A stretch of 64,000 nt of DNA from Candidatus Hydrogenedentota bacterium (GTDB taxonomy: Bacteria; Hydrogenedentota; Hydrogenedentia; Hydrogenedentales; SLHB01), in NCBI GenBank assembly GCA_045863335.1, contig BTVY01000016.1, positions 41,683 to 105,682 of the forward strand, given 5' to 3'. The translations under genes and the position numbers were made by a program. Below, piece after piece: positions 1 to 9,642 of this stretch. Positions within the stretch are counted from its first letter, which is position 1. Every line of letters begins with the position of its first letter. The notes under the pieces are model-generated. The model was given only the letters and a program-made list of their open reading frames with translations. It was not told the origin of the DNA and searched no databases.

Positions 1-130
<130 letters not shown>

Positions 131-462
131 GCGAAGCATCATCTTCCACCCGTTCCTTCCACCTCCGTGCTTGCACCTGCGTTTCTTGCACCGACTTTTC
201 TTCCATCGACTCGTTCTTCCATCACCCGTGTGCGCGAGCAATTTCAGCTACCGTCGGATGCGTGCGTACCATCGCTCTTCCGGTTGCATCCGCCTTCTTC
301 ACTCCAAGGTTCCCGAGGAAGTGGTCGCATATCGCAGCCGCCGGAGCCTCGACGTGGGCAGTTAAGGCAGCGCAACCTGAAACCGGACGGTGTGCCACCG
401 TGGTCGTATAGGTGCGTGTTCGCAGAGGGTTCACGCAGCCTGGACCGGACGGGAGGATTCCT

Positions 463-984
463 ATGAAGTTTCGTATCGCAGTTGGATTGTGTCTGGTGGC
501 GGCGCTCGCCATTGTTGCCGCAGGGTGTCCGGAGAGCTTTCCGAAACCGCCCTTCGACACGACGGGGACGTTCGTGGGCGTCTGGAATGGCGCGACAACG
601 GACCAGGCGCAGCAGGTGGTGGGATGTCCGCTGACGCTCACGCTGACGCAGAATGTCGCATCGGGATATCCGGGCGATCATGTGGTCTCAGGCGTGGCGG
701 AAATCGACTATTCCTGCATCGATTTGCCGGACTGGATCGATGAGCCTCTACCGACGGTCGTCAACGTGGGCGGCATACTTGAGGACCACGGGAAGCTCAC
801 GCTGCTCACGGGCGGCTGCGACACGGCGATCTGTGTCGTGCTGAGTCTGTCCGGTTTCGGAGAGGATGTCGATACCGACGGGTATATGGACGACTACACC
901 GGTACCTGGGCGTTCACGATCCTGTTGGCCGGTGTAGAGCCGTTCGGTGTGAACGGCAGCTTCGACGTGACCTTTGATTCGTAG
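463..984 (+). CDS. Hypothetical lipoprotein
   Basis: GGGAGG RBS at 451-456, ATG at 463; signal MKFRIAVGLCLVAALAIVAAG-C with lipobox; acidic, beta-rich mature part. Confidence 0.8.
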   Translation: MKFRIAVGLCLVAALAIVAAGCPESFPKPPFDTTGTFVGVWNGATTDQAQQVVGCPLTLTLTQNVASGYPGDHVVSGVAEIDYSCIDLPDWIDEPLPTVVNVGGILEDHGKLTLLTGGCDTAICVVLSLSGFGEDVDTDGYMDDYTGTWAFTILLAGVEPFGVNGSFDVTFDS

Positions 985-1188
985 TAGTCGCTAGATCATA
1001 ACACTTCCTCTGTGACGTGGCCGAGGGCCGGGAGATCCCGCCCTCGGCCTTCTCATGGAAAAGTGGCGGAGCATGTCGCGGCAGTACTACGATCGCGGCT
1101 ACGACTCCAGTGGCGTCATCTTGAGCGACGGACCGCGCCTACGGCGGGTCGAAACGCGGGCGAACTTTCGCAAGCGCCAGCACCTATT

Positions 1189-1283
1189 GTCGCTATCGAT
1201 ATCGGGGTCGGGATCGGGATCGAAATCGCTATGCGTTTCCCACTCGATACCGATACCGATACCGATAGCGATCCCGATACCGA
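1189..1283. repeat. Inverted hexamer arrays (ATCGGG)n ... (CGATAC)n forming a hairpin
   Basis: tcgatatcggggtcgggatcgggatcgaaatcgc ... cgataccgataccgataccgatagcgatcccgataccga. Confidence 0.75.
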
Positions 1284-1305
1284 GAAACCACGGCCATTTG
1301 CGGAA

Positions 1306-1386
1306 CATGTTCTTGGTAACGAAGTGAAGAATCTTGTTTGAATGTCCATCCCAGAATCGACATCCTTCACTTCGTTCAGAATGACA
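1306..1386. repeat. REP-like palindromic element (GTCATTCTGAACGAAGTGAAG type)
   Basis: AACGAAGTGAAGAAT (1318-1332) pairs with ATCCTTCACTTCGTT (1362-1376); ends in CAGAATGACA. Confidence 0.7.
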
Positions 1387-1443
1387 CACGAGACGTAAGC
1401 AGCGTAATCGCGGAATTGGCAAGGCCTACACGGAGGAAAATCG

Positions 1444-1971
1444 ATGGCGGCACCCCAGTACACCTATACGCACCCGCGTCCGATCATGGCGGCGGATTCG
1501 GTCATCTTCACGTTGCGCGATAACCGACTGCACATTCTCCTGATTCGTAGAGGACACGATCCGTTTATCCATTGCTGGGCATTGCCAGGCGGCTTTGTGA
1601 ACGAGAACGAACCACTGGACACGGCGGCCGCCCGGGAGCTTAACGAGGAAACAGGCCTGGCAAACATCCCCCTCCGCCAAATGGCGACCTTTGGCGATCC
1701 GGGGCGCGATCCGCGCGGATGGGCTGTCAGCGCGGTGTATCTCGCTCTTATCGACTGTCGCAAACATCCCCTGACGGCAGGCGATGACGCGACGGAGGCG
1801 GTGTGGCACCGGCTGAGCGAACTGCCTCCGATCGCGTTTGACCATGACGCCATCATCGCGTACGCTGTAAAGACGCTTCGCGAGGCGCTCGACCGCGGCG
1901 CCGACGACTGGATCCCTCCGACGTTCAGCGCCGCCGAGCGCGCGTCTCTTGCGGCGGCATTGGCTTCGTAG
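1444..1971 (+). CDS. NUDIX hydrolase, NrtR-like N-terminal domain without wHTH (probable ADP-ribose pyrophosphatase)
   Basis: Intact Nudix box GGFVNENEPLDTAAARELNEETGL; RDPRG and AFDH motifs; GGAGG RBS. Confidence 0.9.
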   Translation: MAAPQYTYTHPRPIMAADSVIFTLRDNRLHILLIRRGHDPFIHCWALPGGFVNENEPLDTAAARELNEETGLANIPLRQMATFGDPGRDPRGWAVSAVYLALIDCRKHPLTAGDDATEAVWHRLSELPPIAFDHDAIIAYAVKTLREALDRGADDWIPPTFSAAERASLAAALAS

Positions 1972-2007
1972 GATCGGACGCACCCGCATCCAGGGAGGTT
2001 CAGAACC

Positions 2008-2583
2008 ATGAACGTATTGCCCACCGATGCCCTCATTATCGTCGATATTCAGAATGACTTCTGCCCAGGTGGCGCATTGCCCGTGGAACGGGGCGACGCA
2101 ATCGTTCCCGGGATAAACGAGATGCAGCATCTGTTCAAGTACCGCGTGGTCACGCGCGACTGGCATCCTGCGAATCATTGCAGCTTCAGCGATAACCCGC
2201 AGTTTATCGACAAGAGCTGGCCTGCGCATTGTGTCCAGGGAACGCCAGGTGCGGCGTTTCATCCCGACCTCCAATTGCCGGACGACGCGTGGATTGTCAG
2301 CAAGGGCACGAGTGCCGACAGGGAAGCCTACAGTGGATTCGAAGGCACTCGTCTGACGGAGGATCTTCGCGCGCGCGACGTCATGCGCGTATTTGTATGC
2401 GGACTTGCCACCGACTATTGCGTCAAGTCCACCTGCCTTGACGGGCGCAAGAGTGGGTTCGACGTTTTTCTCATCGAAGACTTGTGCCGCGCGATCGATA
2501 ATCCGCCGGGTACGGCGAACGCCGCTGTCGAAGAAATGCGGCAGGCGGGCGTGCAGCCGGTCTCGTCGAGGGACCTGCAATGA
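2008..2583 (+). CDS. pncA: Nicotinamidase/pyrazinamidase
   Basis: DIQNDF, DWHP..H, WPAHCVQGT, KG, GLATDYCV motifs; directly upstream of pncB. Confidence 0.95.
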   Translation: MNVLPTDALIIVDIQNDFCPGGALPVERGDAIVPGINEMQHLFKYRVVTRDWHPANHCSFSDNPQFIDKSWPAHCVQGTPGAAFHPDLQLPDDAWIVSKGTSADREAYSGFEGTRLTEDLRARDVMRVFVCGLATDYCVKSTCLDGRKSGFDVFLIEDLCRAIDNPPGTANAAVEEMRQAGVQPVSSRDLQ

Positions 2584-4043
2584 GTGCCGCCACACAGCCC
2601 TGGAGGACGCGCGAAGGGCTCGCGCTGCTCACCGACTTCTACGAACTCACCATGATGGCCGGTTATCTCCATGAAGGCCGAGCCGATTTGCAGGTGAGTT
2701 TCGAGTACTTCTTTCGCCACCTTCCGCCGCACAATGGGTTTGCCGTGGCGGCAGGACTTCGTCCGTTCCTGGACTATCTGGAGCATCTCAAGTTTGACGA
2801 CGACGACATCGAGTACCTGCGGTCCCAGGACATTTTCGACGCGGAGTTCCTGTCCTACCTCCGGCAATTCAAGCCGCGATGCACCGTGCGCGCCGTGCCG
2901 GAAGGCACGCTCGTCTTTCCCAACGAACCCGTCGTGCAGGTCGAAGGCAGCATTTTTGAGACGCAATTGATCGAAAGCGCCCTGCTCAACATGCTCAATT
3001 ACCAAACCCTCATCGCCACCAAGGCGTCCCGCGTGAATCTGGCCGCCGAAGGCGAACCGGTGATGGAGTTCGGCTTGCGCCGCGCCCATGGACCGGACGG
3101 CGCGCTCAGCGGATCCCGGGCCGCTTACATTGGCGGATGCACGTCCACGTCGAATGTGCTTGCGGGCAAGATCTACGGAATTCCCGTGTCAGGCACTCAC
3201 GCGCATAGCTGGGTCATGAGTTTCTCGAACGAGTTGGACGCCTTCCGCGCCTTCGCGCGCCGGTACCCCGAGCGTTGCGTGTTGCTGGTGGACACCTATG
3301 ACACGATCGAGAGCGGTGTGCCCAACGCCATCCGGGTGTTCAAGGAACTTCGAGAACAGGGCATACCGGTGCGGACCGCCATTCGTCTCGATTCCGGCGA
3401 CCTTGCAAAGCTCAGCAAGATCGCGTACCGGATGATGCGCGACGCCGGCATCGAGAACCCGACCATCGTCGCCTCCAACGATCTGGAAGAGGATCTCATC
3501 GCGGACCTGAAACGCCAGGGCGCGAAGATCAACGCGTGGGGTGTTGGCACGCACCTGATCACCTCCCGGGATTGCCCGTCGCTCAGCGGTGTGTACAAGC
3601 TCGTCGCAGTGCGCGAAGATGGCTCCTGGCAGCCGCGCATGAAGATCTCGTCCAACCTCTCCAAGGCGACCAATCCGTGCAGGAAACAAGTGGTCCGATA
3701 TTTTGACGAGTCCGATCAGCCACTCGGCGATGTTATGTACGACATGGACGAGCAGTGGCAGGCAGATGGCGTTATCCGTGGACGCGACGACACCCAGCCC
3801 CACCGCCCGATCAAGTTGCGCCGCGCCGCTCGGTGCGAATCGCTGCTCAAGACGGTCTTCGAAACGGGAAAACGCACCTACGATGAACCCGTGTCCGCCA
3901 TGCGCGAACGCTATCTCGGTCAGTTAGGGAAGTTGCAGGACGAGTACAAGCGGCTGCGCAATCCCGAGATCTACCGCGTCTTGCTTTCGGAGCAGGTCGG
4001 GGCTTTCAAGGAAGAGCGCCTGAATCGTTCAGATGCGGTGTGA
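2580..4043 (+). CDS. pncB: Nicotinate phosphoribosyltransferase
   Basis: LLTDFYELTM, EFGLRRAHG, GTHAHSW, LVDTYD, RLDSGDL; ATGA overlap with pncA. Confidence 0.97.
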   Translation: MSAATQPWRTREGLALLTDFYELTMMAGYLHEGRADLQVSFEYFFRHLPPHNGFAVAAGLRPFLDYLEHLKFDDDDIEYLRSQDIFDAEFLSYLRQFKPRCTVRAVPEGTLVFPNEPVVQVEGSIFETQLIESALLNMLNYQTLIATKASRVNLAAEGEPVMEFGLRRAHGPDGALSGSRAAYIGGCTSTSNVLAGKIYGIPVSGTHAHSWVMSFSNELDAFRAFARRYPERCVLLVDTYDTIESGVPNAIRVFKELREQGIPVRTAIRLDSGDLAKLSKIAYRMMRDAGIENPTIVASNDLEEDLIADLKRQGAKINAWGVGTHLITSRDCPSLSGVYKLVAVREDGSWQPRMKISSNLSKATNPCRKQVVRYFDESDQPLGDVMYDMDEQWQADGVIRGRDDTQPHRPIKLRRAARCESLLKTVFETGKRTYDEPVSAMRERYLGQLGKLQDEYKRLRNPEIYRVLLSEQVGAFKEERLNRSDAV

Positions 4044-4083
4044 CCACTTCGCGGTGTAGAATGGGGGCGCATAGCGCATAGGA

Positions 4084-4245
4084 AATAGGACATATAGGAC
4101 CGATAGGACGTATAGGACTCAACAGGAGTCATCGTAGTTTGGGCGCGGCATGCCGCCGACACTCGATCATGCTAGATCGTATGCGCCAATGGCCCTCAAG
4201 CAGACTTTCGGTCCTATAGGTCCCATTCGTCCTATAGGTCCTATT
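4084..4245. repeat. Inverted arrays of 9-bp-period ATAGGAC repeats between pncB and nadE
   Basis: aataggacatataggaccgataggacgtataggac (4084-4118) versus gtcctataggtcccattcgtcctataggtcctatt (4211-4245). Confidence 0.85.
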
Positions 4246-4283
4246 CTGACGTAGAAACCGAACCACAGGATCACCCAAGACCC

Positions 4284-6209
4284 ATGCGACTCGTCAACAT
4301 CGGCGTAGCGTCCGTTTCCGTCAAAGTCGGCGATTTCTCCGGAAACGCCGAGCGCCTGCGCGCCGTAATCGCCGAGGCAAAGTCCCGGGGCGTCCACCTT
4401 CTCGTCACGCCTGAGTTGTGCATCTCAGGGTACAGCCTCGAAGACCGCATCTGGTGGCCCGACATCGCGCGCCGCAGTTGGGAGTCGTTGGAGGCGTTGC
4501 AGGAGCATTGCAACGGGATTTCCGTATTCGTGGGGTTGCCGGTCCGCATCGATGCCATGATTTACAACGCGGCGGCGCTCATCCACAACGGTTCCATTCG
4601 CGGACTCATCCTCAAGAAGTATCTGCCCACTTACAGCATCTTCTATGAAGGCCGCAATTGGGCGGCATGGCACAGCGGCGCCACAACGATTCACGGCGTG
4701 CCGGCCGGTGAGCTGATCTTCGACCTTCCCTTCGGAAAGGTCAGCGCCGAAATCTGTGAAGACCTTTGGTCGACCAATTCGCCGGCCCACGCGCGCGTGC
4801 GTGCCGGCGCCGAAGTCGTCTGCAACCCCAGCGCTTCGCCCTTCACGCCACTCAAGAACGAGCAGCGGCGGCGCTTGATCCTCGGCGCGGCGGGGAGCCT
4901 GGCCTGTGTGTACGCGTATTCAAACCTGCTCGGCTGTGACAATAGCCGGCTCGTCTTCGACGGCGGCGGCATGATCGCCTCGCCCGAAGGCATCGTTGCC
5001 GAGGGCGCGATCTTAGCCCCAAAATACTGGACGCTGACCACCGGAATCGTGAATCTGGACGACGTCTCCCGCGTTCGGTCCGAAAACACGACCTGGCGCC
5101 AGGAAGCCGCGCGCCACGCGGAAAGCCCCGCCATCATGACGGTCGATGCGCGCGATGGCGAGTATACGCCCGCGTCCGTTAAATCATTTGCGGATCAGTT
5201 TTCTCCCAACTTGTTTATGCCGGGAGAAGCGCGCACGGTGAACGACACGGATCGGTACCTGGAGGAGTTGTTCAACGCGCTCGTACTGGGGCTGCGCGAC
5301 TACTACGAGAAAGTCGGCGCCTTCAAGCAGTTCCTAATCGCCTTATCCGGCGGCCGCGACAGCGCCTTGTGCCTATTGCTTGCGGTACACGCGGCGAAAT
5401 TGCTGAACGAAGGAAAGGATGCCGGCCGCTTCGGCGAGCGCGTGTCCACGGTCTACCTTCCCAACAAGGCGTATAGCAGCAGCGCCACCCAGAAAGCGGC
5501 ACGCGCGTTGGCCAAGGAGTTGGGCGTGCCCTTCCGCGTGGTCGCCATCGACAAGGAAGCCAAGGTCGCGCTGGAGAAAGCCGCGGAGTTGATGGACGGC
5601 GAGGAACACGTGACACCATTGGCGCGCCAGAATCTGCAAGCCCGCGTGCGCGGAAACATGATGCTGAACTGGGCGAACAACGCGCAGGGCCTGCTGCTGG
5701 TAACGTCCAACCTGAGCGAAGCGGCCGTTGGATATACCACCACGGGCGGTGACAACCAGGGCGGCTACTCGCCCATCGCGAACGTGCCGAAGACGCTTGT
5801 TTCCATGTTGCTTGAATACATCGCGAAACGCGACGGGCTCAAGTCGCTGCAGCAGATCCTCGACATACCGCCCAGCGCGGAACTGGCCCCCGATCAAAAA
5901 GATGAAGCGGACTTGATGCCCTATGTGGTGCTGGACGATCTGCTCTACCTCTTCGCGCGACGGCGTATGTCGCTTCCGGATTGCTGGCGCATTCTCGTGT
6001 ATCGCCATCCCAGTCACGATGCGGAACAACTGCGCGCGTGGACGGCGAACTTCGGCCGCCTCTTCGCCTTCAACCAGTGGAAGCGGGAACAACTGCCCGT
6101 TACGATGAAGGTGTTGGATCTCGACCTCGATCCGAAGACCGGATTCCGGTTCCCGGTGACACAAAGCATCCAGGACGAACTCGACGAATTGGCCTCCGCC
6201 ACCTTGTAA
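4284..6209 (+). CDS. nadE: Glutamine-dependent NAD+ synthetase
   Basis: N-terminal nitrilase-like domain with E/K/C triad (PEL, KKYLP, EICEDLW); synthetase SGGRDS, NLQARVRG, PSAEL. Confidence 0.96.
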   Translation: MRLVNIGVASVSVKVGDFSGNAERLRAVIAEAKSRGVHLLVTPELCISGYSLEDRIWWPDIARRSWESLEALQEHCNGISVFVGLPVRIDAMIYNAAALIHNGSIRGLILKKYLPTYSIFYEGRNWAAWHSGATTIHGVPAGELIFDLPFGKVSAEICEDLWSTNSPAHARVRAGAEVVCNPSASPFTPLKNEQRRRLILGAAGSLACVYAYSNLLGCDNSRLVFDGGGMIASPEGIVAEGAILAPKYWTLTTGIVNLDDVSRVRSENTTWRQEAARHAESPAIMTVDARDGEYTPASVKSFADQFSPNLFMPGEARTVNDTDRYLEELFNALVLGLRDYYEKVGAFKQFLIALSGGRDSALCLLLAVHAAKLLNEGKDAGRFGERVSTVYLPNKAYSSSATQKAARALAKELGVPFRVVAIDKEAKVALEKAAELMDGEEHVTPLARQNLQARVRGNMMLNWANNAQGLLLVTSNLSEAAVGYTTTGGDNQGGYSPIANVPKTLVSMLLEYIAKRDGLKSLQQILDIPPSAELAPDQKDEADLMPYVVLDDLLYLFARRRMSLPDCWRILVYRHPSHDAEQLRAWTANFGRLFAFNQWKREQLPVTMKVLDLDLDPKTGFRFPVTQSIQDELDELASATL

Positions 6210-6254
6210 TCCTGCGGATGCGCATGCATGCCTCTGAAAAAAGGAGGATCTATC

Positions 6255-6731
6255 ATGGAACGGCTGCAACTTATTGAATCGTTCACCAAATCCCGCGACG
6301 CCATCCTTGAGCAATTCGATACGGCGGACGCCGACCTTGCGAAAGCCTACGCCCCGGGCAAGTGGACCGTGCGCGAGCTTCTGGTCCATCTGGCGGATTG
6401 CGAATTCATCTACCTGTGGCGTGTCGGGCGCGGCCTGGCCGAGCCTGGGAGCCGAGTCGAGGGTTTCGATCAGGATGCCTGGGCGCGGGAGTTGAATTAT
6501 GTGTCGCGGCCGCTCCCGATCTGCCGGGAGCTGTTCGAGGCGGCACGCAATCAGTTGATCTATTTCCTGGAAGCTCACGAGGACGGCGCGTTGGAACGCC
6601 AGTTTAATCATTCCGAAGCGGGCATGCTGACCATTCGGAAAGGCTTGTCCGGCTTCGCCCGGCACTCCGAGCACCATTTGGAACAGATCAATGCGGCAAG
6701 AGAAGGCCGCGAATGGAAACCGCAGGAATGA
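6255..6731 (+). CDS. DinB/YfiT family protein
   Basis: PGKWTVRELLVHLAD ... HSEHH metal-binding His pattern; AAGGAGG RBS before ATG 6255. Confidence 0.88.
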   Translation: MERLQLIESFTKSRDAILEQFDTADADLAKAYAPGKWTVRELLVHLADCEFIYLWRVGRGLAEPGSRVEGFDQDAWARELNYVSRPLPICRELFEAARNQLIYFLEAHEDGALERQFNHSEAGMLTIRKGLSGFARHSEHHLEQINAAREGREWKPQE

Positions 6732-6842
6732 GACCAGCGTTCGCAGAATTCTTATCTTGGGCTGGCTGCATCACCACCGCGTGTAATGACAAGGCCCCGT
6801 GGGACGTATTATGATGGGTACGGAAAAGGAGGACTTGCCGCG

Positions 6843-6962
6843 ATGATCAATCTGGAACAATTACTCGAAACCCTCAGCTCGGGCGTTCTCGGGCAACTGC
6901 TGTATCCGCTTTATCTTGTCCTGGTTTGGATCACCACGTATTACCTGGCGCTCATCCCGTAG
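6843..6962 (+). CDS. Small hydrophobic protein, 39 aa (not in ORF track)
   Basis: AAGGAGG at 6826-6832; translates MINLEQLLETLSSGVLGQLLYPLYLVLVWITTYYLALIP*; followed by a terminator. Confidence 0.6.
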   Translation: MINLEQLLETLSSGVLGQLLYPLYLVLVWITTYYLALIP

Positions 6963-6987
6963 GCGGGCCACTCGCGAAGAAATTAAG

Positions 6988-7029
6988 AAGGCGGCGCTCC
7001 GGAGAATCCGGCGCGCCGCCTTGTTGTTT
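6988..7029. terminator. Bidirectional intrinsic terminator between convergent genes
   Basis: AAGGCGGCGCTCCGGA-GAA-TCCGGCGCGCCGCCTT hairpin with T-rich and A-rich flanks. Confidence 0.75.
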
Positions 7030-7043
7030 AGCGAGGCTGGACG

Positions 7044-8882
7044 TTACTCGACGGTGACGCTCTTGGCGAGGTTGCGCGGCTGGTCTACGTCGCACCCGCG
7101 GTTCGCCGCGATGTAGTACGCCAGCAACTGCAAGGGCACGGCCACCACGATCGGGCTGAACGGCTCGTAGCACTCCGGCACGTAGATAACGTCTTCGCTG
7201 TGCCTCTCGATCCCTTCGTCACCCACGGTCGCCACGGACAACACGATGCCCTGGCGGGCGCGGATTTCCTGGATGTTCGACACCATCTTGTCGTAGGTCT
7301 CACCGGCAACCGCCACACAGACCACCGGAAGCTCGTCCGTTACCAGGGCGATGGGACCATGCTTCATTTCGCCCGCGCCATACCCTTCGGCGTGGATGTA
7401 GCTGATTTCTTTCAGCTTCAGCGCGCCTTCGAGTGCGCTCGGGAAGTTGAAGCTGCGGCCCAGGTACAGCGCGCTCTGGGCGTTCAGATACTTGGGATCT
7501 TCCGCGCAACGGATGACATCTTCCTGGTTGTCCAGACACCACTGGATCTTGTCCGGGATGGCGCGCAAGTGGGCGATCATGTCCTTGGCTTCCGCCTTCG
7601 ACAAGACGCCGCGGGTTTCGCCCAGCCAGATGGTGAACAGGGCAAACGCCGTAATCTGCGAGGTGTAGGCCTTTGTCGAGGCTACGCCGATCTCGGGCCC
7701 CGCCTGCGTGTAGATGACGCCGTGCGATTCGCGCGCGATGCTGGAGCCGACCACGTTCACGATGGACACGACCTTTGCGCCCTTGCTCTTCGCAATGCGG
7801 ATGGCTTCCAGCGTGTCGGCGGTCTCGCCCGACTGGGTGACCGGGATCACGATCGTGTTCGGATAGATGATGGGATCGCGGTACCGGTACTCGGACGCGA
7901 TGTCGACTTCGACGGGTACCTGGGCGAACTTTTCAATGAGGTACTTGCCCACGAGACCCGCGTGCCACGCCGTGCCGCAGCTCACGATGACGATCTTCTT
8001 GCAGTCCTTGAGTTCCTGCTCCGTAAGCTGCATGTCGCGCAGGTTTACTTCGTCGGAACCTTCGGTGACGCGGCCCCGGAGCGTATTGCGGATAACGTCG
8101 GGCTGCTGGTTGATTTCCTTCAGCATGAAGTGGGGATAGCCTTCCTTCTCAGCCGCGGAATCGTCCCAGTCGACGGTCTTGACTTCGAGCGTAACCGGAT
8201 TGCCCTGGAGGTCTTCGATCTTGTAGCCCTTGCGGGTGATTTCGCAGACCTGGCCGTTGTCGATGTACAGCACCTTCCGGGTGTACTTCATGATGGCCGG
8301 CACGTCGGATGCGATGTACGCCTCGTCATCGCCCAATCCGACGATGAGCGGGCTGCCGTGGCGCGCTGCCACGAGCACGTCCGGATTGTCCTTGGCAATA
8401 ACGCCGATGGCGTAGGCGCCTTCCACGTCCTGCAGCGCGCGCTTGACGGCCGCGAACAAGTCGCCCTGGTAATACTTGCGCACGAGATGGGCGATGGTTT
8501 CCGTGTCGGTCTGGCTGCGGAACACGACGCCGTCGGCTTGCAGGGACTCGCGCAGTTCCTGGTAGTTTTCGATGATGCCGTTGTGAACCACGGCGATTTC
8601 CATCGCGCCGTCAAAATGGGGATGGGAGTTGACTTCGCTCGGAACGCCGTGCGTGGCCCAACGGGTATGGCCGATGCCCAGCGAACCCTTCAGTGGATTC
8701 TGCTCCAGTTTGGCATCCATGGAGATCAGTTTGCCGAGGCTCTTTACTGAACTCAGGGATCCGTCCTTCACGACTGCGACCCCCGCCGAATCGTAGCCAC
8801 GGTATTCCAGGCGGTGAAGCCCGGCCATGATGACGTCTACGGCGTTATGGTTGTCGCCGATGTAACCTACTATTCCGCACAT
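7044..8882 (-). CDS. glmS: Glutamine--fructose-6-phosphate transaminase (isomerizing)
   Basis: MCGIVG N-terminal nucleophile, EYRGYDSAG, HTRWATHG, C-terminal PRNLAKSVTVE. Confidence 0.99.
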   Translation of the reverse strand: MCGIVGYIGDNHNAVDVIMAGLHRLEYRGYDSAGVAVVKDGSLSSVKSLGKLISMDAKLEQNPLKGSLGIGHTRWATHGVPSEVNSHPHFDGAMEIAVVHNGIIENYQELRESLQADGVVFRSQTDTETIAHLVRKYYQGDLFAAVKRALQDVEGAYAIGVIAKDNPDVLVAARHGSPLIVGLGDDEAYIASDVPAIMKYTRKVLYIDNGQVCEITRKGYKIEDLQGNPVTLEVKTVDWDDSAAEKEGYPHFMLKEINQQPDVIRNTLRGRVTEGSDEVNLRDMQLTEQELKDCKKIVIVSCGTAWHAGLVGKYLIEKFAQVPVEVDIASEYRYRDPIIYPNTIVIPVTQSGETADTLEAIRIAKSKGAKVVSIVNVVGSSIARESHGVIYTQAGPEIGVASTKAYTSQITAFALFTIWLGETRGVLSKAEAKDMIAHLRAIPDKIQWCLDNQEDVIRCAEDPKYLNAQSALYLGRSFNFPSALEGALKLKEISYIHAEGYGAGEMKHGPIALVTDELPVVCVAVAGETYDKMVSNIQEIRARQGIVLSVATVGDEGIERHSEDVIYVPECYEPFSPIVVAVPLQLLAYYIAANRGCDVDQPRNLAKSVTVE

Positions 8883-9008
8883 GCTTTCTGCTCTCCCTTT
8901 TCACCCCATTGGGTGAGGTGCTACCGCGCTCCCGATCGAGCGCCGGTTTGGCGTAATCCCGGTCCGGGCACGCACGTTCCTATAACTGTCCGGGGTGCCG
9001 GCGCACCC

Positions 9009-9605
9009 TCAATGCCCCACGAATCGCAACACCAGAAACCCGCCGATCAGCAAAACCGTGAAGGCGATAGTAACCAGGTTGAACCGCCGGTCTATGAAAT
9101 CATGAATCGGTTCGCCAAACTTGTGGAGCAGGTACGAGACGAGGACGAATCGCGCCGCGCGCCCCACAATGGAGGCGATGAGGAACATGGGAAAGTTGAT
9201 CGCGCAGACGCCCGCGGTAATCGTGATTACCTTGTACGGGATAGGCGTAAAAGCCGCCACAAACACGATCCAGAAGTTCCACCGTTCATAGAGTTCCGTT
9301 ACATATTCAAATTTGTCGGGCGAAAACCCGGGGATATACGTGAAAAACAGCTGGTCCACGGCTGACCAGAGACCAAGCCCGACCAGATAACCGGCGGCGG
9401 CGCCGAGCACCGATCCCACGGTGCATACGGACGCAAACCAGAGCCAGCGGTTGCGATTCCCCAGGCACAACGCAATGAGCAACACATCCGGCGGAATCGG
9501 GAACACGCTGGACTCCGCGAATGCCAGGAGAAAGAGCGCGATCCCGCCATAGGGCGTGGATGCCCACTTCAATACCCAGTCGTACAGACCTCGAAGCAGC
9601 TTCAA
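9009..9605 (-). CDS. YqaA/DedA (VTT domain) membrane protein
   Basis: AFAESSVFPIPPD, FTPIPYKVITI, GRAARF motifs; TTG start with purine-rich RBS; next to surE. Confidence 0.9.
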   Translation of the reverse strand: MKLLRGLYDWVLKWASTPYGGIALFLLAFAESSVFPIPPDVLLIALCLGNRNRWLWFASVCTVGSVLGAAAGYLVGLGLWSAVDQLFFTYIPGFSPDKFEYVTELYERWNFWIVFVAAFTPIPYKVITITAGVCAINFPMFLIASIVGRAARFVLVSYLLHKFGEPIHDFIDRRFNLVTIAFTVLLIGGFLVLRFVGH

Positions 9606-9642
9606 GCGCGTTCCCTTCTCCGATCGCCGGGATCGGGCGCCG

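Noticed and set aside
1012-1463. Short ORFs with IGIGI, DPDPD and DTDTD runs
   Set aside because: These are translations of the hexamer repeat element, not credible proteins
8883-9008. glmS ribozyme upstream of glmS
   Set aside because: The minus-strand leader lacks the conserved AGCGCC and GACGAGG core and is short
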